This document shows positions 26,760-33,708 of a stretch of 64,000 bases of DNA, piece by piece. How positions within the stretch are numbered: position 1 is the stretch's first letter; every line of letters begins with the position of its first letter. Below the pieces are notes generated by a model. That model did no database searches. It was not told the origin of the DNA and saw only the letters and a list, made by a program, of their open reading frames with translations. The position numbers and the translations under genes are program-made. The DNA lies in the NCBI GenBank assembly GCA_049302065.1, contig JBAQLU010000249.1, forward strand, positions 18,539-82,538. The letters are read 5' to 3'. The stretch comes from Thermodesulfovibrionales bacterium (GTDB lineage: Bacteria; Nitrospirota; Thermodesulfovibrionia; Thermodesulfovibrionales; SM23-35).

Positions 26760-27896
26760 CTATTGGTTTTTTTTGGTATGACAGGCAAGGCAGCCCTTTT
26801 TTGTCACATTCCGAGTATCCATTTTTGAATAATCCCATCTCAGGATATCAGAATATTGGCTTGCATGTGACCTGTGACAGGAAAGGCACATAAGTATACT
26901 GTTTGAATCAACAACTTCTTCTCCACCTGTGGGCTGTCCAAAAGCAACAGGGGCTTCGAGACTGTACGTAACATAACCCTGATACTCAGAACTTGCAAAA
27001 CCACCATGTACAGTTGCAAAGGCAATATCAGCAGGATGCCTGCGCCATATGGAGTTATAAGCTTGCCCAACCTCCCTGCTGCCGCCAAGATTGGGATTGG
27101 GATGGAACTTGGCATGACATTCGCCGCAGAGATAACTTATGGTATCCATGGTATCATGAGCGATATCACCCTTGTAGCCGTTATGATTATTGATAGTGGC
27201 CAGATATTCCCAGTCTCTATGTTCCGTGCCTTTTATTCCGTAAAGAAAGCGATAACTTTTGCCAACTGTTGAGCCATCGATAATACGGTCATCTGAATGG
27301 TGCGCCCCATATAGAGATTGATAAAGGTTTTCAATTGTCCTGTTCCCATGACATCCCCATGTTCCTGCACAGGTAAGCTGCTGCTGGCCAGGCCAATATG
27401 CAGGCCCGGTTCCTCCCGGTATCAGTACATTCTTCATAAATCCAGGAGGGACATCCATTGGAGGGTTTTCCTGGCGGGAGATGCCTTTGATATTGTGCCC
27501 CTTTGAATAATCAGGATTATATTCATCTGCAACGTAATAAAAATTCCCGCCTGCCAGATCATCGTTTTGCAGATGATGCAGTATCTGAGGAATCCTGGTC
27601 TTTCCAGTGGTGATGATGCTTTTTGTGCCGTTCGGATTCCGGCCATGACAGCCGATACAGCCGCCTTGCGTGAGGGCAGGAAATGGTCCCTGACGATCTC
27701 CATAGGTAACCTCCTTGCCTTCATAACTGTAATGCATGCTATGGCAATCTTTGCATTTCCCTTTTACCCTTGCATCAACAACAGAAGCAAAGAGCATATA
27801 GCATAGAGCAAAGAGTAAAATATAGAAAACCCTTGCTCCTTGTTCTTTGCTCTTTGCTCTTAGCTCTTTGCTCTTGGCTATTTTCCTGTATGGCAT
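26760..27896 (-). CDS. OmcS-like multiheme cytochrome, paralog 3 (5 CXXCH + 1 CX5CH)
   Basis: Track ORF 26760..27905. I prefer the ATG at 27896 (MPYRKIAKSKELRAKSKEQ...). Motifs are CKDCHSMH, CIGCH, AGGNFYYV..KGHNI, CAGTWGCHG, YRFL, CGECHAKFH..WRRHP, CLSCHRSHAS, ILRWDY and GCLACHT. Confidence 0.8.
   Translation of the reverse strand: MPYRKIAKSKELRAKSKEQGARVFYILLFALCYMLFASVVDARVKGKCKDCHSMHYSYEGKEVTYGDRQGPFPALTQGGCIGCHGRNPNGTKSIITTGKTRIPQILHHLQNDDLAGGNFYYVADEYNPDYSKGHNIKGISRQENPPMDVPPGFMKNVLIPGGTGPAYWPGQQQLTCAGTWGCHGNRTIENLYQSLYGAHHSDDRIIDGSTVGKSYRFLYGIKGTEHRDWEYLATINNHNGYKGDIAHDTMDTISYLCGECHAKFHPNPNLGGSREVGQAYNSIWRRHPADIAFATVHGGFASSEYQGYVTYSLEAPVAFGQPTGGEEVVDSNSILMCLSCHRSHASQYSDILRWDYSKMDTRNVTKKGCLACHTKKNQ
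27783..27879 (-). repeat. Heptamer-array hairpin element (arm 27783-27826, loop aaaccct, arm 27834-27879) encoding the N-terminus of OmcS-like paralog 3
   Basis: The sequence reads agaagcaaagagcatatagcatagagcaaagagtaaaatataga aaaccct tgctccttgttctttgctctttgctcttagctctttgctcttggct. It translates to AKSKELRAKSKEQGARVFYILLFALCYMLFA. Confidence 0.85.
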
Positions 27897-28939
27897 ATCA
27901 AACAACCACCTTTTCCATCTTCCCCCGTATAAATATTGTCATAATCCCATCTTAAGACAGAATCATACGGACTTGAATGTGCTACATGACATGAGAGACA
28001 GATAACAATATCTTCGCCGGGTCTGACCTCTTCACCCGGCGATGCAGGAACCTTTACTCGCCCAACCGGGGCATCGATGCTATAAATCCTGATATCATCC
28101 CTATCAGATGGAGGAGGAATATCAGGATTATAATTCGCATACTCGCCTCTCTTTGGGAGAATGATGCCTGCCGGATGCCTAAACCATGGGCTCGGTTCTT
28201 TATCCATTTTCATATCCTTCTTGTGAAAGTCTGCATGACAGCTTGCACAGAGAAAATCCATTGTTGGAGAATATTCATTATGCTTTGTTGAAGAACTATC
28301 TTGATTCCAGTCTCTATCCTCAAGCCCCAGAACACCTTTTATTTTATCCGTATTTTTTAAAAACCTGTAACTCTTTGCTGTTGTGCTTCCATCCAGTGGT
28401 TTATCAACCGCATGATGAGTGCCGTAAACTGCTTCAAAGGGGTCTTCAATATTTCTATTTCCATGGCAGCCGTTAGAACCTGCGCATGTCAGAGGATTCT
28501 CAGGATTATAGCCGATACTTGAAATATCTGATGCCCTTACATATCCTGGAGGGGATCCTTTGAATTTTGCATCCATAGAAGATATACCATTTACATTATG
28601 TCCCTTTCTATCACCAAAATCCTTAGCTACATAATAAAAATTGCCACCCGCTAAGGGACGGACCGGCTTAACATTGCTGAAAACCACCGGAACCCTATTC
28701 CCACCAAGCATCTTTATAGTATCACTTGTATTATTTGAGTGACAATTTACGCAGAAAGTGTCTTTTAAGACATACTCAAATGGTTTGGCACGATAGGTTT
28801 TCTCCATCATGCCCGGGTAAACGGTATGGCATGCATCACAGTCTCCACCCACTTCAGCGATACTAATACCTGAGTATAAGATTATGACTAATAGACATAG
28901 AAACAGAATATTGATTATAAGTCTTGTCTTTTTTTGCAT
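27878..28939 (-). CDS. OmcS-like multiheme cytochrome, paralog 4 (5 CXXCH + 1 CX5CH)
   Basis: 353-aa ORF with a signal peptide. Motifs are CDACHT, CVNCH, AGGNFYYV..KGHNV, CAGSNGCHG, YRFL, CASCHADFH..WFRHP, CLSCHVAHSSPY, VLRWDY and GCLICHT. Confidence 0.8.
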   Translation of the reverse strand: MQKKTRLIINILFLCLLVIILYSGISIAEVGGDCDACHTVYPGMMEKTYRAKPFEYVLKDTFCVNCHSNNTSDTIKMLGGNRVPVVFSNVKPVRPLAGGNFYYVAKDFGDRKGHNVNGISSMDAKFKGSPPGYVRASDISSIGYNPENPLTCAGSNGCHGNRNIEDPFEAVYGTHHAVDKPLDGSTTAKSYRFLKNTDKIKGVLGLEDRDWNQDSSSTKHNEYSPTMDFLCASCHADFHKKDMKMDKEPSPWFRHPAGIILPKRGEYANYNPDIPPPSDRDDIRIYSIDAPVGRVKVPASPGEEVRPGEDIVICLSCHVAHSSPYDSVLRWDYDNIYTGEDGKGGCLICHTGK

Positions 28940-29168
28940 ACTCTACTACATAGCATTTGCACAAATTATGCCATCATTCGAATATTTTATGAAAACAGAA
29001 TGTTCATTTTTAATAAAGTTTTACTTTTATTATTATGCTTTAAATACATATTATAATTATATTTATTTAATATGTTTATTATTCCCACCCAGTTACTATT
29101 ATTAGCTTTAGCTTAATTTATCAATAATAAATCACTTAACCAATAAAATGCAATTCTTAATATAATAT

Positions 29169-29455
29169 GGCAGGTATGTATGCAGAAAAACCTTTACTTT
29201 CCACCTCGGCGGATCCGCTGTGGCGGACGCCACCTTTGCAAGACAACTGCAAACAATGATAAAAATGTCTGGATTCCCGCCTCCGCGGGAATGACTATAA
29301 AAATGCACTTAAGAATGTCATTCCCCGACTTGCCTGCCCTCGACTCCGATCGGGGGATCGGGGAATCCAGGGTTCCTCCAACTTAAATACGAAAGACATA
29401 TACTTTTTAAAGCCAGATTGCGATTTGTAAAGGTTTTTCTGTATGCATACCTGCC
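29169..29455. mobile_element. MITE-like non-autonomous element with 28-bp terminal inverted repeats and internal REP-type hairpins
   Basis: The left end is ggcaggtatgtatgcagaaaaaccttta (29169-29196). The reverse complement of the right end (29428-29455) is ggcaggtatgcatacagaaaaaccttta, a 26/28 match. The interior has ggattcccgc-ctcc-gcgggaatgac and gtcattccccga...tcggggaatcc hairpins. It has no protein-coding capacity and I saw no clear target-site duplication. Confidence 0.5.
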
Positions 29456-29514
29456 AACAACTGCATTGGGGGACAAGTAAATCTATGTCTAATATTTTAC
29501 TTTAATATTCGGCG

Positions 29515-30288
29515 CTAACTGGTCGGAGATAAAGGAGTAATTTCTGAGGTCTGCTCTGCTGCAGCTGACTGTTTTGCAGGGTTAATTACCCATATTTTTC
29601 CGAATGTTTTTTCCTGATAAACCCTGACAAGACCGAGTCTGATGAGCTCAAGAAGCGCCACAAAGGTCACGATAAGCTGAACCCTTGTTATTTCGTCCTT
29701 AAAAAGCTCTTCAAATCTGACCGAATCATGTCCTTCGATGATCTCCATTATTACCGATATCTTATCCTTTACAGTCAGGGTCTCTTTAGTAATCGAAACC
29801 ATTTCTGGTGGAACCTTATCGAGTATTTTTTTAAAGGCATTGATAAGATCGAAAAGGCTGAGATCAAAGAGGTACAGTTCTCCGCCTTCTTCTTCATCTG
29901 CCTCAGATAACGGGTCACGGTGAAATACCCTTAACCACTCATCTTCTCTTTTTCTGAAGTCGCCTGCTGCTTCCTTGTATTTCTGGTATTCAATAAGCCT
30001 CTGAACAAGTTCACGCCTTGGGTCCTCAGGCTCTTCTGAAGGAGTTTCTTCGTCAGGCGGAAGCAGCATCCTCGATTTGATTTGGATAAGGGTTGCTGCC
30101 ATGACGATAAAATCCCCTGCTATTTCGAGGTTAAGCTCTTTCATCATGTCGATATACTGGAGGTACTGGCCTGTGATTACAGCAATGGGTATATCATAGA
30201 TATCAAGCTTGTTTTCCCTTATGAGGTGGAGAAGAAGATCAAACGGCCCTTCAAAGACAGGGATTTTTATGTTAATGCTTTCTTCCAT
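29515..30288 (-). CDS. scpA: Segregation and condensation protein A (kleisin of the SMC complex)
   Basis: The sequence MEESINIKIPVFEGPFDLLLHLIRENKLDIYDIPIAVITGQYLQYI is a classic ScpA N-terminus. I prefer the ATG at 30288. The track start at 30408 reads through a REP element (AAAFRLRQTTQAKACGYK). Confidence 0.85.
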   Translation of the reverse strand: MEESINIKIPVFEGPFDLLLHLIRENKLDIYDIPIAVITGQYLQYIDMMKELNLEIAGDFIVMAATLIQIKSRMLLPPDEETPSEEPEDPRRELVQRLIEYQKYKEAAGDFRKREDEWLRVFHRDPLSEADEEEGGELYLFDLSLFDLINAFKKILDKVPPEMVSITKETLTVKDKISVIMEIIEGHDSVRFEELFKDEITRVQLIVTFVALLELIRLGLVRVYQEKTFGKIWVINPAKQSAAAEQTSEITPLSPTS

Positions 30289-30342
30289 TTTTCCATGAAT
30301 ATTATACACCAAAAGTAACCTTTCATTAGCAGGTGTAATTTT

Positions 30343-30396
30343 GTAGCCGCAGGCTTTAGCCTGCGTTGTTTGGCGCAGCCTAAAGGCTGCGGCTAC
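30343..30396. repeat. Structured REP-like palindrome (outer stem GTAGCCGC/GCGGCTAC enclosing two small hairpins), copy 1
   Basis: The sequence reads gtagccgc aggctttagcct gcgttgtttggcgc agcctaaaggct gcggctac. A second copy is at 39675-39728. Confidence 0.8.
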
Positions 30397-30482
30397 CTCG
30401 TGACTCAAAGGTTATCACCAAAAAAGGAGAATGATAATGTTGCCCAAATGCTTTTTTTCCTGTATAGTCTTAATGAAAAAGC

Positions 30483-31328
30483 ATGAAGAATGCAGAACGA
30501 TTCAAAACATTATTGCTTTCATTACTGAGGATTATGGTTGGAATTTTAATTGGTTTATTGGCTTTACTGGCTCTCCTGTATTTTCTTCAGGATAAGTTAA
30601 TCTTTTTCCCGCAGAAACTTCCAAAAGAAGAAGCAGACAGACTCTCGATAAGATATTCTCACATTGAGAATGTAAATCTCAAAACCGGGAATAACATCAG
30701 CATTAAAGGATGGCTTGTAAAAAATTCAACCCTGCTGAAATCTCCACTTATCATTTATTTTGGCGGCAATGCAGAGGAATTGTCATATCTGATTTATTAT
30801 GCAGATAAGGTCAAAGGCTGGTCACTGGCTTTGATAAATTACAGGGGCTATGGCTTGAGTGAAGGAAAACCCTCTGAAAAGGATTTATATACTGATGCAG
30901 TTTCTATCTATGATTATTTTTCAAAAAGAGATGATATTGATAATACAAGAATAGTTCTTATTGGAAGGAGCCTCGGCACCGGCGTTGCCACATACCTTGC
31001 ACAGATGAGACCTGTAAAGGCACTGATACTCGTCTCTCCTTATGACAGCATTATAAGTATAGGGAAACATCATTATCCTCTTCTGCCTGTTAATCTTCTC
31101 CTCCGGCACCGGTTTGATTCACTCTCAAGGGCGCCCCTGATATCAGCGCCATTGCTTGTGATAACTGCAGCAGACGATACGATAATCCCTCTTAAGCACT
31201 CAAAAAAACTTTTGGAGAAATGGGGAGGACCGCATTCTTTCAAAATCATAGAAGGCGAAGACCATAACACAATCCATGATAATGCAGAGTACTGGAAAAC
31301 GATAAATGAATTCTTAGAGAAGTTTTAA
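30483..31328 (+). CDS. Alpha/beta-fold hydrolase with an N-terminal membrane anchor
   Basis: 281-aa ORF with an N-terminal TM helix, a nucleophile elbow GRSLGTG, and later D and H residues (AADDTIIP, EDHNTI) spaced as expected for a Ser-Asp-His triad. Confidence 0.8.
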   Translation: MKNAERFKTLLLSLLRIMVGILIGLLALLALLYFLQDKLIFFPQKLPKEEADRLSIRYSHIENVNLKTGNNISIKGWLVKNSTLLKSPLIIYFGGNAEELSYLIYYADKVKGWSLALINYRGYGLSEGKPSEKDLYTDAVSIYDYFSKRDDIDNTRIVLIGRSLGTGVATYLAQMRPVKALILVSPYDSIISIGKHHYPLLPVNLLLRHRFDSLSRAPLISAPLLVITAADDTIIPLKHSKKLLEKWGGPHSFKIIEGEDHNTIHDNAEYWKTINEFLEKF

Positions 31329-31448
31329 TCTTGCTAAATGTCATGCTGAATTTATTTCAGCATCTCTTCAGTTTCTTATAATACCGAATTATTATGAGAC
31401 CCTGAAACAACTTCAGGATGACAAAACATACTTTTGCAGCAGTATTTT

Positions 31449-33503
31449 CTAAACCGCCACAGCCTTTTCAGTCTCCTTAAGCCATAAGAGTCTTGATCCA
31501 TTGATCAATGATGCATTGATGGATTCGATGAATTCATTGGGTGCAACATCAAGGCCTTCTTTTTTAGCAAAAGGACTGAATGAGAGTTTGGTTTTTATCC
31601 TGACCGCCTTATTAACCTCAGCCTCTGTGGGCAGTTTTATTGTCGTGCCCATAACCTTCGCAAGAGCGATGAAAATCTCTCTGTGGCTTTTTGATTCACC
31701 CTGAGGCTCGATTACTTTGGGTAAATATTTCAGCCTTCCCATGTAATCAACTATAGTGCCGGCAGCTTCGAGGAATGTTGCTGAAGGCAGAACAATATCA
31801 GCCTGCCTTGCGAGTCCGGATAGATGTGAGTTCTGCACAATAAGAAATTCAAGTCCCTCAGGCCTTGTCTGCAATGGCACTTCTCCAAGTGTATAAAGGA
31901 CTTTAACAGCGCTCTTTGCGCCCTGCCCTTTTCCCGATTCTATGCCGGCCATCTCTTTATACGTTTTATCTTCGGTTGTCAGACCCATCAATACGACACC
32001 ACGCACATTGCTTTCAAGCCCGACAGATATCACTTTTCCTTTGATCAGTGCAATATTGGCGGATGCTTCAAACAGGGAAGGAGAAGAAAAGATAAGTGGT
32101 TTATTTGCTTTGGAAATAAGATCAGCTGCCTTTTCAATATCTTCCGTAATCTCTTCATCTTTTACAGCAGCCAGGATCTTCTTATCTGCCTTATGTCCTT
32201 TTCCTGTTAAAGCCTTTGCAATACGTTTCAGATTGGATGTGATATTTCCTTTGAGAGTTACTGCTGCGACCTCTTCTATTTTTGTATCAGATGAATTAAT
32301 GATAATGAGTTTCGCTCCCCTGTTAACCCTCCTTCTCACAGATGCATCGAGAGCAGGCAAAGCCCTCTCCCACTGTGAAGGGTTCAGATCAACAAGTAAA
32401 ATAAGGTCAGCCTTATCAATATCTGTTTTTTGGGAGTTCCTGAAAGACTCACTATCTCCATACAGACTTAATGTTGTATCAAGGTTCTTTGTTTTCACAA
32501 CGTTTTTAGCAATCTTTTTTAATATCAGCGCATCTTCGTTTTCTATGCCTGCAACGCTTATAAAACCCGCTTCTTTACCGGCCTTCGTGAGTTTATCAGC
32601 AGCTATGGTGAGTGCGTCTTCCCAGGTAGTCTCTTTGAGTTCACCGTCTATCCTTTTCATGGGAACTCTAAGCCTCGACTCTGCCTCAATAGAGTCAAAG
32701 CCGAATCTCCCGTAGGCGCAGATATACTTTTCAGCTGAACCTGCCTCTGCTCCTGAATTTATCTTCTGTATTCTGCCGTCTTTGGTACTTACACTAATCT
32801 CACAGCCGTTTCCGCATAAAAGGCAGACAGAGTTTACCTTCTCATATTCCCATTCCCTTCCCTTGCGCCTCCTGTCCGACTCAAGGAGAGCATTCACAGG
32901 ACAGGCGTCGACACAGCTTCCGCAGAATGTGCATCCCGATTCCTGAAGCGGACTGTCAATTGCGGTAATAACCTTTGATTCAATGCCCCTGCCCATGAAT
33001 TCAAGGATATTCGTCCCCTGTTCCTTGCAGACCCTGACACACCTGCCGCACAGTATGCAGTAGTCTGGGTCTCTCTTGATAAAGGGGTTTGCTTCATCAA
33101 CAGGATAGCCAAACTTTTTCCTTGTAAAGCTCGATTCTTTAAGATCAAATTCATATGCATATTTCTGAAGATTGCATATCCCTGCCTTTGTACAGGTCAT
33201 ACAGTCAAGCGGATGCATGGAAAGGATAAGGTCTATAATGAATTTCCTTATCTCCAGGACTTTTTCTGTCTTCGTATTTATGACCATCCCCTCCCTGGCC
33301 TTTGTATTGCATGCTATCATCGGCGCTTTCAACCCCTCTATTTCTACAAGGCAAAGCCTGCATGCCCCGATGCCCTTCATGCCTTTGAGGTAACAGAGAT
33401 TCGGTATATAAACGCCAGCAAGCTCCGCTGCATCTATGAGATTCATGCCTTCGGGAGCCTGAACCATTGTGCCATCTATTGTAAGCTTAACCGTCTTTTC
33501 CAT
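31449..33503 (-). CDS. NuoG/FdhA-like iron-sulfur subunit (2Fe-2S ferredoxin domain, His/Cys 4Fe-4S, 2x[4Fe-4S], molybdopterin-oxidoreductase-like domain)
   Basis: 684-aa ORF. The N-terminus KLTIDGTMVQAPEGMNLIDAAELAGVYIPNLCY...GACRLCLVEIEG is the NuoG/HydA-type 2Fe-2S fold. It also has CILCGRCVRVC and CTFCGSCVDACP clusters and a MopB-type CLLCGNGC motif. I cannot tell from sequence whether the pterin site is catalytic. Confidence 0.85.
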   Translation of the reverse strand: MEKTVKLTIDGTMVQAPEGMNLIDAAELAGVYIPNLCYLKGMKGIGACRLCLVEIEGLKAPMIACNTKAREGMVINTKTEKVLEIRKFIIDLILSMHPLDCMTCTKAGICNLQKYAYEFDLKESSFTRKKFGYPVDEANPFIKRDPDYCILCGRCVRVCKEQGTNILEFMGRGIESKVITAIDSPLQESGCTFCGSCVDACPVNALLESDRRRKGREWEYEKVNSVCLLCGNGCEISVSTKDGRIQKINSGAEAGSAEKYICAYGRFGFDSIEAESRLRVPMKRIDGELKETTWEDALTIAADKLTKAGKEAGFISVAGIENEDALILKKIAKNVVKTKNLDTTLSLYGDSESFRNSQKTDIDKADLILLVDLNPSQWERALPALDASVRRRVNRGAKLIIINSSDTKIEEVAAVTLKGNITSNLKRIAKALTGKGHKADKKILAAVKDEEITEDIEKAADLISKANKPLIFSSPSLFEASANIALIKGKVISVGLESNVRGVVLMGLTTEDKTYKEMAGIESGKGQGAKSAVKVLYTLGEVPLQTRPEGLEFLIVQNSHLSGLARQADIVLPSATFLEAAGTIVDYMGRLKYLPKVIEPQGESKSHREIFIALAKVMGTTIKLPTEAEVNKAVRIKTKLSFSPFAKKEGLDVAPNEFIESINASLINGSRLLWLKETEKAVAV

Positions 33504-33560
33504 TTATCCCTCCATGTATAAATCATCAAATATCTTAAAGGTTGTTACGTTTTTTAATTC

Positions 33561-33678
33561 TGTCATTCTCCGGCTTGACCCCCGTATCAAGTACGGGGCA
33601 GGCTCCAAATCCAGTTCCTTTCTCTGGATTGCCCGATCAAGCATGCCCTCGACTGCGATCGGGGGTCAGGCAATGACG
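33561..33678. repeat. REP/MITE-like palindromic intergenic element (GTCATT...AATGAC family)
   Basis: The outer inverted repeat pairs tgtcattctccggcttgacccccg with cgggggtcaggcaatgacg. Inner hairpins are ccccgta-tcaag-tacgggg and aatccag-N9-ctggatt. Confidence 0.7.
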
Positions 33679-33708
33679 ATTGTTGGATAATTTCATGCAA
33701 CATTTAGT

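Noticed and set aside
10743-27879. The heptamer and 9-mer arrays might be CRISPR arrays.
   Set aside because: The units are only 7-9 nt and directly tandem, with no unique spacers. The arrays are degenerate and largely inside coding regions, and no cas genes are present. They are not CRISPR.
30289-30408. N-terminal extension of scpA in the track ORF (MSHEVAAAFRLRQTTQAKACGYK...).
   Set aside because: The extension is the translation of a REP palindrome. The conserved ScpA N-terminus starts at the internal Met (30288).
31942-32715. Long plus-strand ORF (257 aa) and similar ones: 34364..35011, 37390..38403 (337 aa), 42458..43231, 41300..41800, 6405..6998, 36101..36688, and 53250..53789 on the minus strand.
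   Set aside because: All lie antisense to genes with clear family motifs (NuoG-like, NuoF-like, AcsB, CooS, NHL protein, ferredoxin, histidine kinase). Their translations are low-complexity Ser/Pro/Leu-rich with no recognisable motifs. The two NuoF antisense ORFs simply mirror the duplication. I treat them as shadow ORFs.
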